Counted from the stretch's first letter, positions 1-12,014 are shown. The stretch is DNA of 64,000 nt from Diplonema japonicum (GCA_964019335.1 OZ025650.1:310001-374000), one strand, 5' to 3'. Notes: generated by a model from the sequence alone, not told the origin. Numbers and translations are program-made.

Positions 1-888
1 CAGGACCGAACTGTCTTCAGGTATGAAGATAGATGGAACATCGATGTACTCTGTTAGTTTTGTTACAATCTCCGAAGTGGCTTTTATGTACAACCTCTCA
101 AGGTCGGCTTCTGTCAAACCTTGCTTGGAGCACTCTGCGATGAGGAACAGCCTCAGATGGAAGGGCAGCGCTGCGTCCCACATAGTGTCGATGCCGGTGC
201 GCTTCGGGAGTGTGTTGACTAGGATGTTCAAAGGTTTGCTAACAGAGGACATGTCTCTCCCTCGGCGGACGGCTTCGTTGTAAGCAGACACAAGATGTGC
301 CTCCAAGGTGGCCCACCGGTTCTTGGAACCTGCTGCGGTGGATGATAAAATGATATCTTTAACAGCATCGCGATTCAGGGCTGTGTAGCTATCAGAAAGG
401 TTAGATATCCTATCTGTCCAGAATGTGAGTTCGTTTAATAAGTTATCGGTAACACTACGACGGGATTCATTGGCGAGGGTTAGGCCCAGCGCGAGGGACC
501 ATTCATCAAGGACACGGCAAGGGCTATGCTCGGGGGCTTCAGGAATTGGGTATGGGTCGGATGCAATAGGTTTGTCAAGTACTTCCGTTCGCATTACAAC
601 GACTTCAGTTTTGAACATTCGGTCGAATCCGGTCCCTGTTTCCTCTGGTAGTGCGTTGTGGTGGAACAGCATGTAGCTGTCCTCGTTCCCTCGCCACTCA
701 CCTGTTACACGATGGACGCTGCCTTCGCTTTTCCCGTAGACCCCCACCATTTTTTTACGTTGCATTTCGTCCCAAAATCTTTCTTCGTCGTGTCCTTCTT
801 TTTCGAAATATTCGTTTAAAGCTTTATCACTGACATGCAGACCTACAGAGAGCCTGACCTTCAACCATTGCACGATCTCGGATGGCAT
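1..888 (-). CDS. Dynein heavy chain-like protein, N-terminal (tail) part; runs off the window
   Basis: Hand translation: ATG at 888-886 and a stop-free frame to position 1 (MPSEIVQWLKVRLSVG...PCRVLDEWSLAL...LLNELTFWTDRISNLSDSYTALNRDAVKDII), resembling the DHC_N1 E-L-x-F-W-x-x-R motif. Absent from the ORF track because it has no stop in the window. Confidence 0.6.
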   Translation of the reverse strand, partial: MPSEIVQWLKVRLSVGLHVSDKALNEYFEKEGHDEERFWDEMQRKKMVGVYGKSEGSVHRVTGEWRGNEDSYMLFHHNALPEETGTGFDRMFKTEVVVMRTEVLDKPIASDPYPIPEAPEHSPCRVLDEWSLALGLTLANESRRSVTDNLLNELTFWTDRISNLSDSYTALNRDAVKDIILSSTAAGSKNRWATLEAHLVSAYNEAVRRGRDMSSVSKPLNILVNTLPKRTGIDTMWDAALPFHLRLFLIAECSKQGLTEADLERLYIKATSEIVTKLTEYIDVPSIFIPEDSSVL

Positions 889-1002
889 TTCCTTACCCCC
901 CTCCCTCCCTTTTTTCTTTTCCCCCTTCTTATTCCTTTAAGAGTTGATTTAAATTTGATAAATTTCGGTGTGCGGGAAGGTGCTCACCGTTCAGGGAGAA
1001 AT

Positions 1003-2952
1003 TCACACTAATCGGTCACCGTTCTGCGGTTGCTGTCTGGTGCCTGCTGTGGCTGTTTGTCGCGATGAGATGGACGGCATCTGGGCGAGAAACATTGCTT
1101 GGAGTCGTGCTAGGTAGGGGGCGGTTTGGCTCGAGGAGAAGAGTGGTCTCCTGTCGTAGCCGTGTGTCGCCGGGCCCCCAAGATGTCGAAGGGTGTGTAC
1201 CCTTGTCTTTGCGTTGGCGGGGAAAGCATTCTTCCCACTCTTTGCTGTGCATTTCTGAATACGTCCTAAGATGTATCGCATCCTTCCAGCCTTCTCTGTG
1301 AGCCAGTCCTGGTCGTCGAGGGGTCCAGCCAAGGACTGCCGGGTGGCCTGCTCATAGTCTACTGCGAGCTCCATCGTCGTGACGGACGTCAACTTCCTGC
1401 CTGCGTACCATCTTAGGCTTTTCAGCCACCTGAGGACGCTCTTTATGTAGAACATTAGGACCTTTCCCGACGCTCCGTTCGATTTCAACAGCTCCACTGT
1501 GGGCACAGTGTGCTGCTTCCCCGTTGTGATCTCATCCCACGGGTTGGTGGTGAGGATTCTGGTGCTCCGTTCAGCCGCTCTGGCGTCTCGTCTTGTCACG
1601 ACATCCAACAGGTATCGTTGCACGACTGCCGCCTGTTGCTTCGCAGCCCCCGTTGCGCCCCTTGGAATGATCCCGTGGAGGGCGGTCACTGCAGGTAGGT
1701 CACTTCGTGTCATCCCGCTATATCTTTCGTTTGTCAGGGCAGCTCTCGCTGGTGCACATTCCCATAGGGCCTGCTCCGTGACTTCTGTCGTTGTCTGGCA
1801 TCGATGGTCGCAGACGTCGCACGCAAGAGACGAGCTTTCCACACCCTCACGTTCATCCAATTGCTTCCCCCACACTCGAGGGTGTACCGTGAACACTGCA
1901 CCGCTGATGATCCGCCGCAGTCTGTACGATATCAGCGGTATGCCTGTCCGCTCGCAAAACTCGATTGTTTTGTTGGTCGCTCTCTTGAGTACCTCGACCA
2001 AACGCGCAAGTAGGTACGCGTCGTCCGCGTACGACAGCGATCGCGAGCCAGGTACCTCAGCAATCACGCACTTCACCATCACTGACACCAGAGCGTTCAC
2101 CAGGATGACGGAGATTGGACACCCTTGGAGAATTCCATTTGTCACGTGGAACTCGGAACCCACGCCAGTAGGGAAGCGGAAACGTCTTTTGAGGCCTGCG
2201 TACATCGCTTTGAGCGGGGTCAGTATCCTCTGGTGCAAACCCAGGTCTTGCATAAGCCCGAACGCTACTTTCTGTGGCACCCTGTCGAAGCACTTGACGA
2301 AGTCCAGTGCTATGCCGTTAAGAGGGGTGTTGGTCAGCATCGCCGTCTCCAGCTGCGTGCTGAGCTCCATCAGGATGCTGTCCGTCCCGTGACGTGGTCG
2401 AAAACCATGCTGCGAGTCGTCCGCCCATTTCTCTTGCCATGGCGATATATCACGCAACCTGGCACAGGCCCACAGTCTGTAGACCGCACTCGTGACTGTG
2501 ATGGGGCGGTGGTTGAGCGGAGTCCTCTCGCCTCCCTTCGGGATCAGCGTAACCAACGCCGTCAGGAGTGCCTTCGGCCACTTCCCTGTCACCTCGATGG
2601 CGTTGAAGAGCATCGCCCACGCATCCAACAATACATTTGGCATAGCGCGAAGTTCTGCCATCCTCCACCCATCAACTCCCGGTGCTGTCCTCGTCGATTT
2701 CTTGGCCAGAACTGCTCTCAGATCAGCCCCTGTCAGTGGCTGGAGCACCATGTCATGCGTCGAGATGTATGGCCCGTACCTAGCCTTGAAAGCCTCGTAC
2801 GATGGTTCTTCATGCCCTTCACCGTACATCTGGAGCACGCCGTCCCATTCCGCGTGCATCATGTCCATCTCGTCGAGGTCTGCGGTCAGCACTCCGCCGC
2901 TCTCCACTGCCTGCGCCGCTGACGTAGAAGTGTTTTTCACAAAGGCGGTCAT
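1003..2952 (-). pseudogene. Retroposon reverse transcriptase segment (apparently internally deleted after YADD)
   Basis: RT subdomains up to YADD are present. About 70 aa later comes CDVCD...TEQALWEC (zinc-knuckle-like), so the thumb region looks deleted. Confidence 0.8.
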
Positions 2953-2973
2953 CCCCCTCCGCTCCTCCTGGAA

Positions 2974-4332
2974 CTAGGTGTTGATCCTCGCCTCGTACTT
3001 CTTCTCCCGCTCCACTCTCGTGTCCTTTGCGATCTCGCGTAGTAGCGAGGAGAGGTTGTCGTCTAGCAGTTGAAGTCTGGTGACAATCGACTCCAGGTCA
3101 TCCTTCAGCAAGTTCCTATCAAATACTGGAGGGTTCGGCAGTTTCTCCAGCAAACTCAGAGCATTCGCCCAAGTCTTCAACAGAACTACTGGCATGTTGC
3201 ACACTTGTCCCTTGTCAATCATCACCTGGATTTCCGCGCTGATGTGTGCAAGCTTCCTCTGCAAACAGGCAATCGACTTCTGTCTACCCACCGCTGCGCC
3301 CGTGGCTTCCTTTACAGACTTGGCCGACAGGCATTTCTCCTTGGGTTTGCGCTCCTCGCCCCTCCCTCGGAAAGTCTTCTGTTGCTCCATCGGCACGCCT
3401 GTGATGCAGTGTCTTTCCGAGACGTCAGCCAGCACACGGTATGCGCCGTCGATGTCCTCAAGCTTTTGGATGAATCTCTCCGCCTGTAGCAGCTCAATCA
3501 CGTGGTCATCACTAGCAGTCGACACCGGCAGTTCCTTCGGGATGAAGTACTTGCGTGTCTTGCTCTTGAGAGTAGGGATACACAGTTTGATGGAGAGGCA
3601 TCTGTGTTCGTTGGTATACACCGTGTCGTGGACCCACGCCTTCTGTAGTCCCGCCGCAGCGATCGGGTTCATCAAGACGTAGTCGATGCGTGTCTTTGTG
3701 TCAGTGGCTCTCCTCACAAAGGTGTGGCTCGGCCTTACCCCGTCTTTCTCGGCCTGCAGTGCTGCTGCATCCACCCAGTCACACCCAACCGCCTGCTGTA
3801 GTACACCTGATTGCGACACCTCGGTGTTTAGGTCCCCCGCGACGATGATAGGAACATCTCCCAGGGCACATCTCATCTCGTTCAGCACCTTGTTCAAAAG
3901 TGTCTCACGCTGGTGTTTGCCGTAACTTCCCGAGTGGCAATATACCACAATGAGGTGGAGCCACATGTCTCGTCCGTCCAAGTTGATCATAGCATGGACC
4001 CACCTGTTGCCGTCGTCCATCGAAGCGACTGCTTTGACTATCGCCGGCCTGCACCGCTGTACTAGTATGCCGACTCCACCTCTTTGTGCTTTGTCGGGAG
4101 CAGCAAGTCCATCGACCACGATACCGGGCTGTGGGTTTCCCCACAGCGCACGATACCTGCCGTTGTCCTCAACATGCCTCCCAATCATGTGTTGTCCGTG
4201 TGCGGTCAGCTTCACTTCCTGCAAGCACGAGATGTCGCTCTCCATGGCCAACACCTCGTCCACCTTATTGCTCAGGGACCCCACATTGAGAGTTGTGATT
4301 GTGAGCGAATTGGGGTCCCTAGCTCCACCCAT
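2974..4332 (-). pseudogene. Retroposon APE-type endonuclease segment
   Basis: ORF track 452 aa with APE catalytic motifs; ends at an in-frame TAG in the same frame as the RT segment. Confidence 0.8.
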
Positions 4333-5384
4333 GAAGATGTCCCTCCGGATGTCTTCATGGCTGGCGTCCCTTCAGTTGAACTCGTCAGGGTCATGTTCGA
4401 TTGGTAGGATGGGGGTCATAGTGTTAGCTATGGCCATGTGCACGTCAGGTGTGGCCGCACATGTCGGTGTGCCGCCGGGCAGGTATATCGGTGTCATCGA
4501 ACCCGTTGCACTCGTGAGGACAAGGGCACCCGAATGTGCCTTCTTGCTGGTCGTCGTGTCGTCGCACTTCCTCTTCTTGTCCGTGCGCTTCGCAGTCTGG
4601 ATGTCCTGCTGGATAGACTGGACAGTCTGACTTTAAAAAAAAAAAAAAACTGAATAAAAAAAAAAAGAGACAAAAAAAAACGTGAACAGGAGCGGAGGAG
4701 GAGTCATTTTTTTTTTTTTTGCCAACACATCTGACGGTCGTTTTCTTTTTTTTAAATAATAATATTGAACAAGTAAAGGGGAAAAAAAGAGACATTTAAG
4801 GGTACCTGCGGTATGTGGCAGGACGCCTGCTTTGGCAAAAAAAAAAAAAAAAATGGAGAAATAGCCACTCTGAATATCTAACAAAAAAAAGAGGGTTTCC
4901 GGAAAAAACAGCAGACTCAGAAGGGGGAACGAGGACACATAAAAAACAGAGGAAACAAATACCCCCCCTCCCCCAAGCGGCAGTCGCAGCCACAGCCTTG
5001 AATAACGGCATCGAGCTTTACCCTGCTAAACTTCTTTTGCCATCCCACACGCGAATTCTGATTTCTTTATACTCCTCGTTTCCCCACCTCCCAGCGAAAA
5101 AAAAAGGGAAAAAGAAAGAAAGTATATAATTCACATGCATTTTAACGTGGAGAGAGAACGATAAGTATCCCCCCCCCCCCCCCCCCAATTTGCTTTCTTC
5201 TTTTTCCTCCCCAGACCCTTGACCTTCGAAAACGACATCACGGTGGATATCCTGAACACTCCCCCCCTCCCCCCTCCCCCTCCCTCCCTCATCCCTTGAA
5301 TCGGTCTTTTTTCCCCCCCGAGGAAAGTTAAGGAAAGGATAAAAAAAAAAAAAAAAAAAAAACACCCATTTAGCTTTTCTTCTT

Positions 5385-6590
5385 CTATGCGTTCAATAAC
5401 TTATGGATTTGGTGTTTTGTTAAATGGTACTTGTGCCGCATGGACCTCAACCGTGATCGGGGAGCCCGAGGGAGGGAATGCAGGTGCGACAAAGCGGTGT
5501 CTGCCATTTCTCGAATAGCAAGTATGATCCCAGCGTGCGTGGTGGGCTCATACCCAAACGCAGCGTGCGCCTTAGCAGAGGAGGTGGTATGCTGAGACGA
5601 GAGAAGGAAGATAGTTTCCCTAGGAAAGCTTTTATCAGCCTCAGGGGAGTTGGCATGGGGCTCTATCATAAGCGGGTCATCATCAAACCACTCTTGGATA
5701 ACACCCAAACACGACAACATCAGCAGTGGGACGGCCTTAGGGGTGCAGACAGAACTACCCATAATCCTTCTTATATTTGTCATCATCTCCGATATTAACT
5801 CCGTGGTGTAGAACGGCGTGCCTCCTAGAATGTAAGTTTCTTTGGCGGTGCCGTATAATGCAGCTCTCAAATGGCCTTCAACGACGTCGGTGACGTTTAC
5901 GAAATTTAGTTTTGTTTTTGGGATGCCCACGAGGCGGCATTCTGCCATCATTCTAATAAGCCTCCCCCAACTTCGGTCGTCGTGCCGCCCTATGATGTCT
6001 GAGGGCTGGAGGATGATGTAGTCGATGTCAGATGCTTGGACGATTTTTTCTTGTATGCATTTTGTCCGGCAGTAGTTGACCCAGAAGTCGTCTGGGGTCC
6101 GTGGGGTATCTTCGTTTAGAATAATCTTTTTTTTCTTCGGCGGGAACCAACCTTCACGTTCGTGAGTGGAAGGGAAATACACTGCAATCGACGAAGTTAG
6201 TATCAACCTCCCAACCTTCGCTTTCTTGCACGCATTTACCATCGTTTCCGTTCCCATTATATTCACCACGTTCTGCTCCATGTCGCACTCCTTCCTCACT
6301 GCCGTGTTCGACGCCAAATGGAACAGGTAATCGCATTTTTCAGGAATCGCGTTTTCGAGAAGCTTCTCCTGCGTGACGTCTCCTTGCACGAAGGTGAATT
6401 TTGAACTGTTAGGGTGCTCTGTTATTATCGGCAGACCCTTTGTGCAGATGTCGACCCCCACCACCTCCCACCCCACCGCAAGCAGCTTTGTCACCAAGTT
6501 AACTCCCACAAAGCCGTTGCATCCTGTTACCACCGCCTTAAACGCCAGCCTTCGGCCGGGGGTCCCTGTTTGTAAAGTTGCAATGGATAT
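5385..6590 (-). CDS. NAD-dependent epimerase/dehydratase (extended SDR, 3-beta-HSD/DFR-like); start uncertain
   Basis: VTGCNGFVG Rossmann motif, LFHLAS, NxxGT, TSSIAVY and YCRTK catalytic motif. No in-frame ATG before the Rossmann motif (ATA at 6590). Confidence 0.8.
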   Translation of the reverse strand: MSIATLQTGTPGRRLAFKAVVTGCNGFVGVNLVTKLLAVGWEVVGVDICTKGLPIITEHPNSSKFTFVQGDVTQEKLLENAIPEKCDYLFHLASNTAVRKECDMEQNVVNIMGTETMVNACKKAKVGRLILTSSIAVYFPSTHEREGWFPPKKKKIILNEDTPRTPDDFWVNYCRTKCIQEKIVQASDIDYIILQPSDIIGRHDDRSWGRLIRMMAECRLVGIPKTKLNFVNVTDVVEGHLRAALYGTAKETYILGGTPFYTTELISEMMTNIRRIMGSSVCTPKAVPLLMLSCLGVIQEWFDDDPLMIEPHANSPEADKSFPRETIFLLSSQHTTSSAKAHAAFGYEPTTHAGIILAIREMADTALSHLHSLPRAPRSRLRSMRHKYHLTKHQIHKLLNA

Positions 6591-6947
6591 TTTTAAATAC
6601 TTTAGACAAAAAAAATTGGAAGGTAAAAAAAAAGGGGGGGGAGGATGTGAGGGAGGAGATCAGGGTTGTCTTGTTAAAAACTCTTTTCTTTTTTTGAGGC
6701 CGGGGGGGGGGGTACAAAAATCATCTCAAGGGGGCAAAGCCTATTTACCAAAAAAAAAAATATAATATAAAAAAGGAAACCTGCAGTATGTGACAGGACC
6801 ACCGGGAAAAAAAGGGAGAAAGGCGAATGGAGGGGAGAGTTTGGGAGATGGAAGAAAAAAAAAAGGGGGTATCTTTTTCCCTTTTCTCCCCTCCCCCTTT
6901 TTTTTTGTTTTTGAGAGGGAGAACTTTTTAAAAAAAAAGTAACTTTT

Positions 6948-8054
6948 TCATAAGGGGATACTGGAGGTGTGAATCATCTGCTGCATGGAGTCCCTACGGT
7001 TAGTTGCCGCCGCAGACATATTGCTGCAGGAATAGTTTACAGGGGTAAATGCAATCCGTTGCTGGCTTAGATACCTTTTTTTTTTTTTTTTTTTTTTTTT
7101 CCCTCTTCCCCCTCCATACTTATCTCTATCCGCAGTATCGTCATCATAACCAATCTTCCAGGAATGGCGAGTGTGCCGGGTGGCACGACTTACCTTAACA
7201 TCCCCGCTCATAGGAGGGGTAGGATTGGCGGTGGCAGTAGCAGGCCTGTTTGGAACCCGACCGTTGTAAATGTGTGCTTTAAGCTTATCAGGAAAACTTC
7301 GAGGTGAAGACACAGCAGCGACAGCGTTCATCAGATTCAAACATGAGTCGGTCGACTTTATGCCTTCAGGAACAGCCTGCCGTGCTGCCGCACGGGAAGC
7401 AGCATCCATTCCTTGAAAGTCCGACTGAGCCTGTGTCATCCACTGTGCCTTCTTCGCTTCACCCCTCACACCTTCTTCACCTCCAACCTTGAAATGCGAT
7501 GCAAGCATGTCTTGTCTTATAGAAGCACGGTCGCCTTTATGGGTGGCTGCGGTGTCTGCTTCCTGTGGTCCGCAGAATTGTCTGTGGGACATCGTTGTTA
7601 AATGCTTCTTCTTCCACTCCTCTATCTCTGCTGGGCATACATAAAGCTCGGATTTCGTCTTTTCGTGTTTATCGCCACGTCTGAACTTCACCCTTCCTAC
7701 GTAGTGTTCTCTTGCTAGCTTCTGCATCCTCGTCGGGACCATAGGTTCCCTTAACGAGCCTAGCGATATGTTCTCGGTGCGCATGAAAGCGCCCCTCTGC
7801 TTCAGAATCGACTTATCCTTCACTGTGCCCTTCCGTGCTGGGTAGTCCACCTTGTGAGTTGTCACCCACACCTTCGGCTGTGTCTGTTTTCCTTCTTGTG
7901 CCTGCATGTTCCCCCAGAACACCTTTGAATTCGTCCCTTTCTCTACTTCAGCCCTCCTCACAATCTTGTTCACATCCGCTTCTCTCGGGTCAATAGGTCC
8001 CGGCATGTCTTTCCTCCGGTTGAGGGTGTGCTTGGTGCAGTGTGCATGGGCCAT
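6948..8054 (-). CDS. Hypothetical protein (short TxxxxD[FY]-type repeats); probable 45-nt intron 7075-7119
   Basis: 368-aa ORF. The GGGRG-polyK stretch corresponds to GTATGG...poly(A)...AAAG, removable in frame. Confidence 0.65.
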   Translation of the reverse strand: MAHAHCTKHTLNRRKDMPGPIDPREADVNKIVRRAEVEKGTNSKVFWGNMQAQEGKQTQPKVWVTTHKVDYPARKGTVKDKSILKQRGAFMRTENISLGSLREPMVPTRMQKLAREHYVGRVKFRRGDKHEKTKSELYVCPAEIEEWKKKHLTTMSHRQFCGPQEADTAATHKGDRASIRQDMLASHFKVGGEEGVRGEAKKAQWMTQAQSDFQGMDAASRAAARQAVPEGIKSTDSCLNLMNAVAAVSSPRSFPDKLKAHIYNGRVPNRPATATANPTPPMSGDVKVSRATRHTRHSWKIGYDDDTADRDKYGGGRGKKKKKKKKRYLSQQRIAFTPVNYSCSNMSAAATNRRDSMQQMIHTSSIPL

Positions 8055-8678
8055 TGTGTTGTCCCCACCATAAGAGTGGCCCTCCTCTTTTTTTTTTTTT
8101 TTTCTTTTTTTTGTTTTGTTTTTGAAGGGGGTAATTCACTTCTCAACCCGAAAAAAAGTTGAAAATTCACTTTCTACCCAATATGGGTATTTTGGTTCTA
8201 GTGGCCTGAGCAGGGCTGCAAACAATTCTCCCCATCAATTTGTTTTTTATTTCAGAGGGTATGAATTCAGGGCTTGTTTAGTGTGCACTGCTGACCTGCA
8301 TTCCGCCTAAGTGGATTCGCTCTTTATTTGCAGGAACACTTGAGAGCAGCCTCCAAAAGAAAGAAATAAACTATTTTCAGTGATATTTAGTAGGTATTAA
8401 GTGAATTACCCTTTAAAAAAAAATACAGAACGGGGTAAATGAAAGGAAAAGATAGAGAGAAAAAAGAAAAATAGAGAGAAACGAGATAAAAAAATACTGG
8501 AAATTGAAAAAAAAGGTTTGAAAACAACGCCCCCCATGTATCTAAAGTGTTACCCCCTCCCCCCTATCGAATCTTGTTTGACACTTGAGAGGCATGAGGC
8601 ACAAAAAGTAAAACAGAAAAAACCCTAAGAATAGATCGAGAATACCAGCGGAGATAAGAATAAACTGAAAAAAAAGAA

Positions 8679-11595
8679 TTACGTATGCAGCTTCTTCATG
8701 CGCAACATGAGAACTGCTTGTGGGGTCTTTGTGTAATCTAATATCGCGTCTGCCCTGCTGACACTGATGGCGAGGTCGTTTTTAAGTTCATCCTTGGAGG
8801 CAAGGTAAGCATCAGGAACAGGTGTGCTGCTTACTGCGGTGTATTGTTCGTGGACACGATTCTTTATAGTCAGCATGGCTTCAGAGACGTCTGCTGTACG
8901 CATCAATCCTTCCAGTCGAGATATCTGTTGTGTTGATCAGTATCTGTGTTTTCGTGTTGGTACACACCTCAGCAGCGAGAGCAGCTGCCTTTGCACGATA
9001 CGGAGCCAAGGGGTCTGAGACTGGTGCCGGCGGTGCGCTAGGTAGGCCTAAGACGTCATCCAACCCAGATAACGGACCACCTCCCTCCTGTGGCGGTGGT
9101 GGTGGTGGCACCCCATCCTCTGCCTTGGCGTAATCCATCTGCCGTGCCACGCACGACGTTGTCCCAAGCCCGCCGTCCAATGCCACTTGGTACATTTCCC
9201 CAGCAACCATCACCACCGTGCCCTGCACCCTCCCAAACGGAGTATCGCTGCACACCACTCGATCACCGTGCTGGAACACAGCCACTGGAGAAGGGGGCAC
9301 CCGGGGAATCACCGACGGTGCCACCGCTTCGTATTTTTTCAGCCTGTGTTCCTCCGTGTCCCTAACCGTCCCTGTGTTGAGCAGCTCCACAGTGTACGCT
9401 GGCGGCACTATCGTCTGATCGATGGTTTTCACAACCGCCGCCTCCTTCGCGCCACTACCATTAATATAGATGACGTTTTCACCTATGGTGAACAGAGGCT
9501 CGGCAAAGAGGCTTGTCACTGGCTCGGGGACAGTAGGGGTAGATACTGCAGGCTTTGCTGCAGGAACAGGTGGAGTGGGAACAGCAGGAATGGGCGTGGG
9601 AACGGGAGTAGGTAATGCTACAGGTGCTACAGGAGGAGTGGGTAGGGATACTTCTGGTAGTGCAGGTTTGATGCCTCCTGGGAGAGACAGCATGGAACCT
9701 TCGATGCATCGCTCGCTGCCATCGTCCAAGCGCACGACATAAGCGACTGGAGAAGACTCGTAGTCCACCAGGATTACGACACCCGTGGCTTTCTTGCTGC
9801 CGTCGTCGTATTCAATTCTTGTGCCCGGCGTGTAGAGAGCTTCGTCACCGCCAGCGCTGTCTTTTACCGCAGGTAGAGGAAGCGAAGCCACCTTCTTTTC
9901 CTTCTTCCGAGGGATCTTCCCTGGCTTCAGCTTGTACACCAACATATAGGCTTGCGTGAATTTCGGTGTTCCCCGTGCTGCTTCCAGAACTGTGTCGCTA
10001 AAATGGTACCACCTGTTGTCGTCCTTGCCCTTCGCGTTTGCTGTGTAATGCCCACCTGAGATGCTTCCGTCGTGGTTCGCGACGGATACTAAATCGTAGT
10101 TGTTGATGTAGTTGGAACCTGTGATATAATCCGTCATGTCAAGCTCCTGCGGGAAGGCTACTTCGGACACGACCTTGTCCCTGAAGTTGCCTTTGTTACG
10201 GAAACGCTTCAGCATGACAACGAGGACCTGCGGGGCGGTATACATGGAAAGAGTCTTTTTTGCTTCTGTCTTCTGTTGGCAATTCTCGCAGAACCATGTG
10301 TTGGAACTCTGAAGCTTCTCTTCGATACCGTATTCCGCAATGCAGTCTGTTATCTTGGTGCTTGGCAGCTTCGGCAACGACACTTGCAAGCTTGTCTGCA
10401 TGTTGAACGTAGTTGAGGTGTGGCCGCAGCTGCACGCCAACACACTGGCCTCCTGGAAGCCGAACATATCCATGATCGGGGACTTGTTATTCGTCTCGTA
10501 TGCATTACGACTCAGCTGTGCGAGCTCCACAGCCGGCCTGCCCGACGACGGAATGTCCGGGATGCCCTTCAGCACCTCGCCTCGCATGGAGTTTAAGTCT
10601 TCATGCAAGTTGTCCAGCAACACAGTGAGGAACTCGTACGCACATTGCTGAGAAGTCCCAGCAAAGGCTTCAAACCTGTTGCCTATGACTTGCTTAAAGA
10701 AGGAAGGTGAGAGGGGTGTGGTAGTGTCATTGCGAGACATTTCTTTGAAGAGCTGCGTGGTGGTCTGCGTGACGGCCCCCCTGCTGCTCATTGGATTAGC
10801 ACGGTTGACAGGCGGGCGTTCGACGATGAGGAGCTCTGGCAGTCCTGTCGGAAGCAGCATCTGTATCACACAGTTCATATAACACGTGTTCCCGAGGTTG
10901 GCGAGGCCTCTACGCGGCTGGCGGGGGACGTTGTTGGGCCTTACTTCATCGAATTTCCATTGCAGAGCAGCGATCATGGCTGTTCGCTTTTTGAGGCCGG
11001 CATCACGTTCCCGTTGCCGGTCCAGCTCCTGCTGCCGTGCACTTGCCTTGTCTTGTATTCGACGGTCGCTATCTTGTTTTTTAAGTCTCCGGATTCTCGC
11101 CCTCTCTTGGAGAATGGCCTCATTCGCAAGCCATTTATCCTTTTCTTGCTTTTCAGCTAAGTCGGCTTCTTGTTTGGCACCAACAGCCTTTTCGTGTTTG
11201 TTTTTGAAGAACACCTCAAGCTTGCCATCAAAATAATTCTCACAATTGGATAGCGCCTCATCCCCAAAGGTGTTCACATACGTCCTGTCCTGCGACGAGA
11301 TAGTTCTGTATTGCTTGTGCGACCTGAGGTGCTCCAACATGCACACAACAAATTTAAAAGCATGCCAGTACACCCAGTCCCATCGGTTGTACTTCCCTTG
11401 TTCTTGCACCTCCTGCCCCTGCAACTTTAAGTAATAAACAATTTGGCTGAGCTTCGCTTCTGAAAACTGTTTTTTCTTGGCTTCAAATTCTCTATTGACT
11501 GAGTCCTTTAAGTGCTGTGTGAACTGCTGGAAGGTCATCTCGGGGCTAATGCATATGCAGTCCCTTTCATACATGCTTAAATCAGGGCCGGACAT
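8679..11595 (-). CDS. Ubiquitin-specific protease (C19/USP family); intron 8925-8967
   Basis: Cys box GLANLGNTCYMN, QQCAYEF, LKRF and His box HDGSISGGHY. A 43-nt GTGTGT...ACAG intron joins the frame to ORF 8679-8906. Confidence 0.9.
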
Positions 11596-11737
11596 TTCTT
11601 CGTTGGATCCCCACCCTCCCCCCCTTTTTTTTTTTGATGGTGTGGTTCTTTTTCTTTTCGGACGAAGGCAAATAGTAAAAATGTGTTCTTTTTTTTTTTT
11701 TGTTGTGTAGAAATGTAATCAGTGGAGTTGTGATCCA

Positions 11738-12014
11738 CTACTCCGAGGGGACCATCCCCTTGAGGTTCCCTCCGTTCTGCCCGTAAAGAGTCGAGTCAAA
11801 TTTCTTGTTAATCGTGACGTTGTAAGTGCATCTGTCGGGTGTGTTAGCGTTCACCCCAGTGCCGCACGACTTAGGCACGATCTTCCAAGAACCGGTGACG
11901 CCCCATCCCTGGCCATTCCCGCCAAAGTCGGTGTTCTGTTGCATTGTGTGGTAACAGGTCTTTTTCATCTCATACCGTGTTAGCGAGGAATTGGTACGGT
12001 CCAAAGTCAGACAT
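11738..12014 (-). CDS. Small (78 aa) two-exon hypothetical protein; intron 11936-11975
   Basis: ATG 12014 exon MSDFGPYQFLANT, then a 40-nt GTATGA...CAACAG intron, then an in-frame exon NTDFGGNGQGWG...VPSE*. Confidence 0.5.

Larger units (their letters stand above)
941..4630 (-). mobile_element. Decayed, 5'-truncated non-LTR retrotransposon (APE endonuclease + reverse transcriptase + CCHC-like motif)
   Basis: APE motifs (TLNV, LQEV, AGDLN, RIDYVL, EHR) and RT motifs (APGVDG, RPIT, QHGFR, LDFVKCFD, GILQGCPIS, YADD) lie in one frame, broken by TGA 4372-4374 and TAG 2974-2976. Flanked by direct repeat CTTTAA at 935-940 and 4631-4636. Confidence 0.85.

Noticed and set aside
4300-4400. 2A-like (NPGP) peptide or programmed readthrough in the retroposon
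   Set aside because: No NPGP motif; two different stops plus an apparent internal deletion fit decay better.
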